From Macrostomum lignano (Eukaryota): DNA of 64,000 bases. Positions 26,660 through 59,500 of this stretch are shown in pieces (the first letter of the stretch is position 1; each line of letters starts with the position of its first letter). The notes beneath the pieces were generated by a model, which saw only the letters and a program-made list of their open reading frames with translations, was not told the origin of the DNA and searched no databases. The position numbers and the translations under genes are program-made. The stretch lies in NCBI GenBank assembly GCA_002269645.1, contig NIVC01000163.1:248001-312000 (forward strand), in the 5' to 3' direction.

Positions 26660-26855
26660 ATATTATAATTATACTTGATTGCGCGGCACATCTGAAGGCT
26701 GGGGGGGGGTCTCCACACACACCCTCATTCACCCCAGCTATAAATGCTGGTACCCAGGTGATCTGAAGCAATTCAGAGCTAAGTGCCTTGCCCAAGGACA
26801 CGAATTGTTCCGAGTGGGTCGAGAATCGAACCCCCGACCCTTCGGCCTTGCGCGA
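26660..26855 (-). mobile_element. tRNA-headed SINE
   Basis: Minus-strand B-box GGTTCGATTC (26832-26823), conserved core GTGTCCTTGGGCAAGGCACTT, AT-rich tail. Confidence 0.7.
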
Positions 26856-27095
26856 CTGATATAAATATTTCCGCATTAGCAGTAAGAAGATCCTGCAAAC
26901 AGTAGATGAGTTGCTAGTGTTAATTCTATTGCACAATGCTAAATGTAATTGTGGTACAATAAAAAGCACAATTAAAAAGGAAATTAGGGCCTGTATTATT
27001 GCTAGTAAATTGTGCGTACTATCTCTCAACAAATAAGAATCATGTCGGAAGCCGTACACTCTAGGCTAATAAGAGTGCATATTCTTTGTTATCTA

Positions 27096-28467
27096 GCTTC
27101 GGCTGTCCGGAAAGTCGTGAGAATGTGTCAATTAAGCAAGAAAGCAGCAAGCTGTTGACGTGGCACACAGAAATTTTCAATAATAGACTTATATATGTCT
27201 ATGGTGAAAATTCTTGTTATTCTAGTAGCAAAATTGGGGGCAGGGGCGAGCTCAGTATAAAGTGCTCAATAGCAAATGCAACGCGGTGATCAAGTTTGAA
27301 AATTTTGACAGCAAGTTCTTCAAAATGGAAGACTTCCAGCTGTCCAGGGTTATGCCTATGCTAGATACCGTCTTGGAATCTCCGCTCTCAGCTGCCATGA
27401 CGAGCTGCTCAAAGTTTATGGAGATGCTGCACCAAATCGGTCAACGGTTTACAGATGATATTCGAAGTTCCGAAGCATTTCCCCCGGTCTCAGCTCCTCG
27501 GACTGGCCGGCCACGGTCAACAAGGACAGCGGAACTGATCGAAACCTGCCGAGCTCTTATTGAAGAGGATCCAAAAGTTAGTGTCCGAGACCTCGCTGAC
27601 TTTTTGGAAGTTGGAAAAACAACAGTGCACGAAATTTTGACCGAGGATTTGCACCTTCGAAACGTTTCTGCTGTCTGGGTTCCGCATGCTCTATCCGAGG
27701 AGAACAAGACTGCTCGCATCAATTGTGCCAAGCAAATTCGCAGGCTTTTTTACAACGAGGGCAAGGAAAACTTTTGCGACAAGTACGTGGTGGAGGATGA
27801 GACGTGGGTGTACCTGAACAACATTGGCACAAAGCAAAACAACAGGTGCTGGCTTGGCCAAGGGAATCATCGGCCCCAGGTTGTCAGGCACTCAGTCGGC
27901 AATGCAAAGACAATGCTTCTGGTTGCTTTTACTCCAAACAAGCGCTTCTCCATTGAATCCACAGCCCCAAAGCAAACTGTTGATGCAAATGGCATAGTTG
28001 AGTTCATTCGGCACACCGGAGACCTATGGCGTACTCTCGAGTCAAGGCCAATTCATCTGTCGGATGTTCTTTGGCAGTGGGACAATGCGCGACCTCACGT
28101 GGCTCGTTCTGTGCAGCAGTACATGGAGTCCCGTGGAGTTCAGCTGGTGTTTCAGAGTCCTTACAGCCCAGACTTCAATTTGTGCGACCGTTTTTTGTTC
28201 AGTTGGATGAAGACTGATCCGTACACTTCCGTTTTTCTCCAGGCGAGTGTTCAGCGACCACAATGAAGTTCGAGAAGCTGCGTTGCAATGGGCAAGAGGC
28301 CTTGACGAAGATTGCTTGAAAAGAGAGGTTCAGCGACTCGTTGACCATTGCCAAGCTGTAATCAACGCAAGGGGAGATTACATTACCAACTAGTGCTGTT
28401 ATCGTGTTTTCTGATAGTTCTGACTGATTTTTTAAATACATTCTCGCGACTTTCCGGACAGCCGGAG
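27096..28467 (+). mobile_element. Full-length mariner (DD34D) element with a defective transposase (original ATG ~27325, stop ~28393)
   Basis: ~30-bp TIRs (CGGCTGTCCGGAAAGTCG.GAGAATGT), TA flanks; WVPHAL, DETW, DNARPH-x34-YSPDFNLCD. The HTH (GYAYARYRLG...VYGDAAPNRSTVYR*) lies in another frame with a TGA at 27456, and the C-terminus FSDHNEV...RGDY is frameshifted at ~28220-28245. Confidence 0.92.
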
Positions 28468-28507
28468 TAGTATGTAGTAAGCACATTCGCAGTTTTTTGT
28501 TTACAAT

Positions 28508-30434
28508 TCATCTGTAAAATTGTACCTGTTCCAAATGAGCGCTAAGAGCGGTGACTGGCGACTTAATGACGACTTGCAGCGGTTTCTGCCGGCAGTGTCT
28601 TCTTGAGCATGAAGGGTACAGCTTGGAGAATTTTATCAGAACCGAGTTGAGCAACGCTCCTCTCAGACTGCCAAAGCAATACACTGTTTGAATCTGGTTA
28701 AATGCGTCTAATTCCGCGGCAAAACGATCCGCATTGGCCAGTGCATCTGTGCACATGGCGACCACGAAATTGATGAAGAAAATTGGCACCGTGAGCACCA
28801 GAGCCAAATGCGTAATGAGAGTAGGCAGGTTGTCAAAACTGGGTCGCAGTCTGCCTGGATCGGTGGCGACATTCAGCGTCAACAGAAAGGTCCAGTAGAA
28901 CTTGGCAACAGAAGTTAGCAAGCTGGAGTTGTCGCCAGGTGCTCGCATTTCGCTGAATAGTTGTTGGCTCTCCTACTAGAGAAATCAGTGCAGATGTACT
29001 CTTAAGGGTCAGTTTATATGGATGGGTAAAGTCACGAAATCTGTCAAAAAGCATATTTGATAGATAAATATAATAATTATAAGAATAATAAATAACTACA
29101 TCTGCCCTGATGTGAAGATGTGCAACCGACAGCTCAGCCGCAGCTATTGCGCGGCGCATCTGAAGGCTGCGTACGGCTGTTCGGTCCAAGGACTGGAGGG
29201 CCACCACACACCCTCAATTACCCCAGCTAATGTTGGCACCCATTTTACAGCTGGGTGAGCTGAAGCAATGCAGAGTTAAGTGTCTTGCTCAAGGACACAT
29301 TTTTTCTGAGTGAATCTTGATTGGTAGACTAAAGAAAGTGAATAATAAGGGTGTATAATGATGTTGATTCTTCGCAATTCTTTAAAAACCACACATGTAC
29401 GCTCGTAACGTTTAAAAGCCATCGAACTTAAAACTTGGAAGTCTTTGTTGCTATACTGATTACTAGTGACGAGCGGTGTAATACCAACATGTCCACACCA
29501 CATGTTCACAGGGCTAATCTTAAAATCAATGGGATAGGAAAAGTTTCTTGACACTTGAGAATCCTCCTCTGTACTAACGTTGCTTCCAATGACTTTTATA
29601 GAAGAATATTTATTTCATGAGAACTCTGAAAACCAATGCCCGGATTGCACAGAAAATCACTAACCTGCACTCCTTGCGAAACCACTGACTAAGTAAAGAG
29701 TCTGCATGGGTCTCGGAAGACACCCTGCTGTTGGAGCGTCTCCAGCGATCGTTTGCCTCTGCCGAACCTGTCAACCAGCAACAGTAGCGGCGATACGGCG
29801 CTTCTCTCGCCGAAATCGTACAGACTGAGATCGATTCGACGCACGCTCTGAGCTGAATCGATCCAGCGTTCGAGAGCCGGCGCGATGCCGCACCGAGTGA
29901 CTGCGTTGAACACGTCGGGCCTGCCCAGATAGACGAGTAGTTCGCAGGGTAGCAATCCAATGCCGCACGGTTGACGCATCATCCGACGCAGTTCGACAGC
30001 AGTGAAAACCTCTTTTTCGCAGGTGGACAAACAATTTGATTGCGTCTGGCACAGTTTGCGATGCTACGCCGAGGCAGTACGCGTGCAGGCAGTTCAGGCC
30101 GTCTTTCTCGACATCGCTAAGGTCGTACCCAGCCGATCGAAGATTCCGCGTCATCAGAGAGCTGCAACGACAGGCGCGGAGGTAGAATGACATCAGCAAC
30201 GGGTTAGTTGGCTGCGGCAATGGCGAAACTGTATCGTCATTCTCCACTGCGTCACAGTCACCCAGCTTATGTGCCGCCGCTGGCTGTCGACTGCTCCCGG
30301 CCGAGGCGTCGACTCAACGCAAGCAACTGATCAACTCTGTCCACGGCCAGGTCGAGCAGGAATTTGACGCGGCTAGCTTCGTCAGGGAAAAATGGCCCTC
30401 CAATTGAGACTTCGTTGCTCCTGCCGAAGGACAT
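28508..30434 (-). pseudogene. Degraded TRP-like (TRPV/TRPA-type) ankyrin + channel gene
   Basis: The 5-prime exon (30434-29665) has ankyrin-like GLNCLH and GLLPCELLVYLG in shifting frames. The 3-prime exon (~28975-28508) has a pore helix, S6-like VPIFFINFVVAMCTD and a TRP-box-like segment. About three frameshifts; S1-S5 not found. Confidence 0.5.
29070..29302 (-). mobile_element. 5-prime truncated SINE copy
   Basis: Near-identical to 48490-48700 and shares GCATCTGAAGGCTG, CCCCAGCTA and TTGC(T/C)CAAGGACAC with 26660-26855. Confidence 0.75.
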
Positions 30435-31738
30435 TGTCGTACGTAGCTGCTGCTGCTCTGGCTTGTTGGCCTAGGCAGACGCAGTCACTAGTTGATTGCG
30501 ATGTAGAATATGCAATATAGTCGCGAGGTGCAACGATCTACCGCTTCCAGAGACTTCCAATTCTGAGCTTTTCGGCTGCGAACGAGGGGCGGTCAAAAAG
30601 TTATGCAAGTGGCTTCATTAAAATTTCCAGGCAGAATTAGTGTACAAATTTAGTGACCGCATTCCTTCAAATATTTACCAGTGTTCAGAAAATATCCATT
30701 TTCTACTTTTCCATCAATATAGTGGGGGACATTTGCTGAGTTTCTTGAGTCCTTAAATTATATGTATAGTACGCAACATGCTTTTATATCTTCCAGTCGT
30801 CCATGCAGCTTTGACTGCATCTTATTCGATCGAATCTACTCGATCGACTTATCGACTGTTTCCCCTCAGCGCGTTTTTGGTATTTGGATAAAGATTTCCA
30901 GAGGCTATCTTGTTTGGTTACCGGTAGAACACCTAGCGTTTTACTCGTATGGTCATGGACACAGCAGACACAGTAAAGACCAAAGACCTATGTGCGTATT
31001 CAGCTGGTGACAGAGTCGGACACGAAAATCAGCTTGCATAGACACTTGATTGGGTCCACCTGCTGTATTTACTCAAGCAAATAGATCGAGAGAGTGGGTA
31101 AAACAGAAGCTGTAAATTGCATATGGCTTTATTGACTTTTGATCAGAGACAACTAGAAATTGCGCCCTTAATTTATACAATTTTATTATACAGGCGTGAT
31201 GCAAGGACCACTGTATATAGCTATATACAATGGTCCTTGGCGTGATGTTTGATTTGTAGCTGTGAATGTTTGGTAAATATAAACGTATGCATTAGTATCG
31301 TTTTTAGTTTACCTTGAATTCATATTGAATTCAAGTACGGTATATCCAATGAAAGCGTATTCATAGTACGGATTTGGATTTAAAAATGGATATCATTTAT
31401 GGCAGCATTTTAATAAGTAATTTCACTTTTGTGAGCGACATTTGCAATGTCCATTTTTTACTGAAATAATCCGGAGTTAAACTTTTACTGTTTAACAAAT
31501 GCAAAACTGCAAATTATTTTTATCCGTAGGAAAGCTAACGAGAAACAAGAATGCACAAGTAATTTTTTCTGTCAATGTTTTTATTTTATAATTGCAGTAA
31601 ATGCAGTAGTACTAGTCCGTTTATTTTTACTAGTTACATCTTTTTTAAATAAATAATATATATTTAATTTTTAACGATCAATTCTAAACTATTAGCACGT
31701 GTCGTCGGGAAAATAAGCTACACGAATGTACTTGAAGC

Positions 31739-52104
<20,366 letters not shown>

Positions 52105-53579
52105 GATTGATAAGTAATAACTTTTCGCTGACAATGTTGTATTTTAAACTTCTGAACGTTTTATGGCCAAGCGGTACATATAAGAGGCTTTTTATTTAAA
52201 TCGGTAAGTCTGTGAGGGAGGGTATGGTGATAATTAATAAGTCGGTGTCTTTATAGTCTACTTGCTGTTATTGGCCTTTGAAGCATGGAATATTGTTTGA
52301 AGTTTAAAAAACCGATTAACCTGCACTGCTTGGAAAAGTTGATTAATTAAAAATTCATTTTTGAAATCTTACTATTCAGCTTGAATATCATAGCTAACTA
52401 TTTATTAGAAGCTACTGTATCTACTCTTATTTTTGTTGTTATTTGAATTAATTCATAAGTAAATACTTGAAGTAAATAAAACAAAGTTGGCACCACTTTA
52501 TAATTTTGCTTTTTATTTTTTACGGTACATATTGCGACCGTATGTTGCTATATATTTGATTGTATTAGTGGTACACTTAAAAATTTTAAGCGTATGTTTT
52601 GTGTCTTTTATTTATATAGCGGTTATATTGCGACGATGCAATGTATTTATACGAGCGTATATGTCTTTAATAATTTTTATAATACTTTTAATAATTTTCT
52701 TAAAGTTGATGGTGGCATCCGCTTTTTTTATTTAAAACGCAAAAAGCTTGCTTTCGTACGTTGATGTTTCCACATTTAATCCGGAGTGTTTTTTTTAATT
52801 TGCGTGCTCTAGAAATTTATTAAAACACATTTATTACAGCAACAGTAGCCTTTGTTGGCTTACAATTAACTCTCTTTTCTTTTTTCAATTTAATGATTTC
52901 CTTACTTATAGTAAAATTCCCTGTTTTAATCCTTGCCAATATCCCAAAATCTCAGAGTTCCAGTATGTTTATTGTTTATTTGCCTACTTATTGTACTAAA
53001 TATTAATACCACCACAAAGGTCTGTTTGTAAACTTCTGACAAAATCAATGCACTCAAAACTTTAAACGTCGTGAAATTTTATTTTGTTACTTTTTTAAAC
53101 CGCGATTGGACTACTTGTGTGGTGGGCTAGAAAGGGAAGAAAGAGAGAAGAGGAAATAGGAGCTGGGAGATGAGAGATGAGGGATGAGATAAGAGGAGAG
53201 ATATAATTGAGAAGAGAGAAGAGAACTGAGAAGATGCGAACATTGAGCGGGTCGGATTGCTATTGTAAAGTTTCAAAGAACTCGAGGGCTTCAAAGTTTC
53301 AAAGAATTATTATTAATAATTTCAGTTATATTCACGAATCCAGGTAGAATTAATCGAATATAATATTAATCTAATAAAAGTAATAATTGACTACAAATTG
53401 TAAATCGTCCCATTTTCCGACGCTCGACGCAGTTACTCGATAGTTTATCGAGGAAGTTTAAACGCGAAAAAAACACAATCCTAAGATAAATATATGTCAA
53501 ATAAGTATACTTCTCTTTGTTTAGTTTACTTCAATTTTCGTTGATGCTTTAAGAATGAAGAGTGACTCATGCAGGGAGA

Positions 53580-56500
53580 TCACAGAGCGAACAGTCGCTG
53601 GAACCATGACTGATTGTACCTGATCACATCAAAGTTCGGGTCGTCCGTGCTTTTGAATCCACCGCCAGAATTCGCTATCGCGACAGGCTGGTTGTCCGGT
53701 ATCTGCTGCTTAGAAGGCAGATCCGATTCTACAATTGGATTCGAGTAGATATCTCTGGGCGGCTCATAGTGACTGCAGCAGCTGTTTTCAGAGCTGATGG
53801 TCGCGTCTGAAGCTTTGCGACTGTTAAGCACGCTGGATACGGTTGAGCAAGGATGAATCCTGTTGTTATTGTTGCTACCTTTGGCATTTCTAGTTCGCCG
53901 AATGTTCCATTTTACCAGACTGTAATAGGTGACTTGGACCATTAGCTCGATAACCTCGATTAGGGTAATGATGGATACACCGATCCACAGTCCTGTAAAG
54001 GCAAGCGTGCCGCACTTTAAGTCATAGACATGCTTGTACGCTCGTATCTGATGAATTTTGTCCCTCAAAGGTTATGGGTCGGTTTGAGCGATTCTAGGTT
54101 TGCTGGTAACTCTCACTTCATGCTCTAGAGGTTTAGGTGACAGATCTAGACAGAAATCAGCTTGGAAGTCTTGACAACTACAGTTGTTTCTAAGTTATGC
54201 TCTGTGTACGCAGTAGTGTTCAAGTAGTCTATGTGCTACAGAGAACATTCTCAAAAGCTCTCTCGATGTCGACAAACTTCCTGCAAGCAAATTGCTCGCT
54301 TAGGATGGCGCTTTTTGGAACTCTCGATTTTGGAACTAACGGCAAGGAGAACGGACCTCAGGGAGATGTGCATAGTCCTACCGGCCATGGATTCTTCCAT
54401 AGATATATCTCGTTGCGAACCGGTTACCCCATCATCTTCTATGGCATTGGAGAGGAGACTGCGGAGAATACTTCGATAAGGTGCGGCACAAACACCTCGG
54501 CCACCCCCAAAGGATGGACGAGTGACCACCCAAGACAACATCCGCGATCTTCGCGCCTTCGTCCGAGATACAGCTAGGCCGGATGAAGGTCGTCATGCCT
54601 CCTTTGAAATCCTGCCGACTACTGGCTGGGACTGCGGGGACTAAGGGGACTAAGGGGTTCAAACTTGGTTTCTTTCACCTTGGGGTTGCGAGATGAGTCT
54701 AATCGTGGCGCCTGCGCCCCCGCCGCCTGTAGTAGTAACTAAGTAAGCTGTCTATATGACATGGTTATGATCTACCTACTCACCAAAAATGCCGCCTAAA
54801 TCTGAGAAAAGGTTCCTGAGCGGGTAGGCCCAGTCTTCACGGGATACGGTGGCCCGAATCGATCTTGGATAGAGGTCGACCACCGTGAACTGGTGCTGGC
54901 TGAGCCTCTGCGCCAGCTCGTCGTATACGCGCTGCAATCTTGACACAGTTAAATTATCCTCTCTAACCAGTTGTATCAGTCTGTTTAGGTAGGCCTTCAG
55001 CACCTGTTCGTTAGTATCCCAGTTTGAGTTGACGGAGGGCCAGGCGGCCAGCGTAGTGACCACATTGTGCTCAGTAGTGAGACAGCGATGTTTACAGTCG
55101 GTTGACAGACCCGAAGTCCTCTGTCTCTCGTGGACTCGTTTGTAGCAAGTGAAGCGACGAGCAATTTCTTCATAGATAGGTCTCTGCTCAACCAGGTAGT
55201 CGGACAGTGGGAAGTACACCCAGCTCGAATTGGTAATAGTGTAGAAAATTGTCGACAAGTTGTCGGACTCGAAATATACGTCACGATAGAAAAACTGCAG
55301 TGAAATGATACAGTGTTGGTATGAACGTCGGAATGATTTCTTGCAGCATCGTTATTTTCGATAACTATCCACTGCTTTGATCTGCCGATGCCTTAACATG
55401 TACCTCCTCAGGCAGCTGATGCCTCTCTCTAGCCCTGACAACTCACCTTCTCAGGCTGCTGATGTCCCTCTCTATCCCTGACAACCCACCTCCTCATGCA
55501 CCTGATGTCTCTCTCTATCCGCGGCAACCCACCTCCTCAGGCAGCTGATGGCAGGGAGGCCAAACCGTCAGCATGTCAGCTGGCAAGGCCAGATGGGTGC
55601 CCAAACATCCGCAGGTTTCAGCAAACTCCTTCTGCTTAGCTCGAATGATGCAATCCTGCAGAGTGCCAAAAAACGTGACGTTCTCAAAGTCGCCAGGTCT
55701 GGAATAGTCCCAGGTGTAGGTGGCGTTGGGCAGCTTCTCACAGCACGGCGAAGGCACTCGGTCAATGTTGTAATCGATGCTGGATTGCAGTTGAGCCGAA
55801 GTTTTGTAGCCCAGTGGCGCGTTAAACGAATAGCTGAAGTCAGGCTTTTCACCTACATTTATTTATTGGAAAGATGTTGCTAATACGCTCGTGGCAGGAA
55901 GTAGTAGCTAGTGATTCTTAGTCAATAAATTAAAGTTTGCCTCTTTAACCGAGTGCAGTAATATCAGTTCACCTGGCTCATGCAGCACCACTTTGAAGCC
56001 ATTCATCGAATCCAGCAGTTGTTCGTTGGTTAAAAATGCGGTTGCATTGCTGTGCAATAGCAGGTAAAGTCCGTTGCCTTCGCCCGGTTGAACTACAGTG
56101 CGATTGACCGGACTGAAGGTCAGGCAGATAAACCTGTAGTAAGGTCGTTTTTGCTACCAAACTAATTCGAAATTTTGGTTTTTGCTCGTACGTACGCTCG
56201 TATACTCAGCAACACTGAAAAGTCGCCACTCTATGCGCCAGTGAGCAATTTCTCTAGGACTATTCTGAAAAAAAAGACACGAGAAAACTGATCGGGGTAA
56301 GTTTTAAGTAGCAAAGATTGAGAGACTATACCTGCACTCTCAAAGTGACAACCACAGACGGAATCTTCTGTGATAGCGACTTCGATGTTGCCGAGTATAT
56401 ATTGTCTTATTTAAATGATGCCACAAATACAGTGCTGTGACGTTGCTAGTTTAAAGTGGTCCCGCAAAAGGGCCGTTGGACTGTAATTTTCCTTACAATT

Positions 56501-59500
56501 TTTCATTTAAAATTTCCAGTTGTGTATTCTCACGTTTACTTGTAGTAGCGCGCAACTAATCTGTATCAATTGCTAAATCACTGCGTACTTTGTAAGCTTT
56601 GCGTACGCCTGTAGAGTCTCGCGCCATCAATAATTTCCGTTTCTTGTTTTTCCCTCGCCAGCCAATGATAACTCTCCGCATATATTATGTTAACCCTCCT
56701 GCGCTCCTTTATTAACCCCGCCTGGCGGCGGGCTGGGGTTTTTTTTCACTTTCTTTGGCTTCCTCGCTCTCCTTATCTCTCGCCACGGCTCCACTCTGTC
56801 TGGGCCAGACTGTCTACGCACTCTTGCTCCACTGTGTACTGCTACGGGCCGACGCCCAATCTCGCCACTTTGTCTGTTGCCTACTTGCTGCTCACTGCCA
56901 TCACTGTGCTCACAGCCATCACTTGCTACTCGGCTTCATCCCAATTATCATCATCTACTCAACTTTCATCTATACGACTAAATTACATCAACCCATTGTT
57001 GCAGCCGCCAGTGCCCCATAACGTCATAAGCTTCTGTAATAATATTAACATTGATAATTATAAACCAGTTGGCGTCTTTTTTTACCTACCGCCATTGCCA
57101 AGTGCTACCGCTACAAAATCTACTCTGCCATTGTTGAGTTCACCATCCTTTTGGGACTAAGTAATAACGTCAGTACTCTCGTCAAACGGCCCTTTTGAGG
57201 GCTATCGCCACTGCTACGCCAATAACGTGACAGTGCAGCTATAAAAATAGAGAAATAATTTAATAGACAGTAATAATACGAGAATTGCAGAGTCAATAGA
57301 CTGCAAGTTAAGCTGAGTTGACTGTGACTAGCATGCAGTTGCAACGCTTGTGTCACACAGATTGGTGATGCAAATTGTATCACCCACCAGTTCCGACGAG
57401 AACCGTGTGCGTGTTTTTAATTGCGTCACTTGGGGCTGATATCTGAGAAAAATTGACCAAAAATGACTACTGGTAACTGGTTTCAGTGAGGAAACTAACA
57501 TTTTGCTTAGTGTATGTCAGGAAATTAAAAGAAAACCCAATTCACAACAACACCAGTTAGCAGTGATAAAGTAGGGTTGGGATTGGGATGGGGTAAGATA
57601 CAACTGGAGCGGAGGAGGGGCAAACCGTCAAATAAAAAATCGATAACCCTAAGAAAGCCGCTCTCTTTATCAGTCGATAATGGGAGCCAGTATTGCAGTG
57701 ATAAAGTAGGGTTCGGATAGGGTAAGACAACTGTGGGGGAGGAGGGGCAGACTATCAAATAAAAAATCGATAGCCCAAGAAACCCGCTCGCTCAGTCAGT
57801 GGGACGTCCTGAGCCAGAAAGCAGTGATAAAGTACGGTTAGGATAGGGTAAGACAACTGTGGGGGAGGAGGGGCAGACTATCAAATAAAAAATCGATAGC
57901 CCAAGAAACCCGCTCGCTCAGTCAGTGGGACTGTCCTGAGCCAATAAGCAGTGATAAAGTACGGTTAGGATAGGGTAAGACAACTGTGGGGGAGGAGGGG
58001 CAGACTATCAAATAAAAAATCGATAGCCCAAGAAACCCGCTTACTCAGTCAGTGGGACTGTCCTGAGCCAGTAAGCAGTGATAAAATGTTATTAAAGGCA
58101 TGGGTAGGAAATAAATAAGTGGGGTTGAGAGACGGACTAAAAAAATCGATAAACCCAAAACAAACCACCACGATCAGCCAGTCGTTACTAATAGACAGGC
58201 CGATGAAAAAGAAGTGTCCCTCACATCTCTAAATAGTGGCAGGAATTTTGATGCATGTACAAGAGGTTAAAAAGCAGATCAGCAAGTAAGTATGCAAGAG
58301 TATAGTCACTGTCAAATGAGAGATGCATGTACATTGTTGGAACTTGGAATACCCACTAAGCTATACTTGAATTTTGAAATAATAAAAAATAAAACGGCAC
58401 AGTTTAAAGTTCAATTTTATAATCAAATTGGGGTAATTTGGGCTTAAATTTACTTTTCATTCCGAAATTAAGATGGTCATTATTACGTGCAGGTACAATA
58501 TGGTGCTTGAAATCGCAGCTGACAGATTCTGCAATGCTCGTATTAAAGATCAATTAATGTAAGATCGGCAAGATAAACAGTTTAAGTTCCATTGCAGGCA
58601 GTTGGCGCGGGTTCAATTTAAGACTTTCCTAGAAACGCCGGCTCTCCTCCGGAAGCGCCGGCAGCAGTTTCCCGGAAAGGTGGCCCTCAGCGGCGGCCCG
58701 CAGCAGCCGCAGCGCCTGCCGAACGTCGTGGTGACTCACCTGAGCAGGCAGCCGTCGGATTCGAATGACTTCGTCGTCGCCTTCCTGACTGACCAGCAGC
58801 TGCAGTCTGTCGGCGAACCGGGCCTCCAGTCGGACAGTCGCCGAGGTCAAGTCGAAGCTGCTCTGTCGCCGAACGAGGCCTAACTGGGTGAAGCGGATGG
58901 CGGCGGGGTCGTCCTCGCTGTTGAACAGCGCGCTGATCTGCTTCAGTGCGCCGTCAGCTGTCGCTGTCACGGCCGCTTCGATCACGGCGACTCTGAGAGG
59001 CCCGGCGAGAGACTTCGGCAGCCCGAGCGAGCGGGTGAACACGGAGGCGAAGGCGGTTGCCATGGAGACTGGGATGCGGCGCAGAGTCTGGCTGGTAGCG
59101 GAAATGGCCAGGCGGTCGAATCCGGTTCTGACCAGCTCCACCAGCGTGGCGTTGCCGCCGTCCTCCGAGGTTGCAGCCGTTGGGCCTGCGGTCGTCGAAA
59201 CCTCCAGCTGCAGTTCTTCCACCACCTCCGGTGCCTCGGGAGCATCGCTGGCGACCTCCTCGGCGGATCGGCGGCTGCGCAGCATGCCGGAGCTGGCGGC
59301 CACCCGACTTGCCGCGGCAGCGATGGCGAAGTGCCTCAGCCCAGCCTCCACCTGCCGCAGCTCCTCGGCCGTGAGGCCCCGCGGCACCTGCTGCGTCCAG
59401 GAGCGGCACCTCCTGATGAACCACCGGCGCTTGCAGCTTCGCATCGGCACAGGCGTTGTCTTGGCAACCAGCTGGGCGGTGGCGACGCTGTGCACGATGC

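Noticed and set aside
27262-27500. N-terminal 80 aa of the 334-aa ORF as a novel transposase domain
   Set aside because: It is the off-frame reading of a normal mariner HTH caused by small indels.
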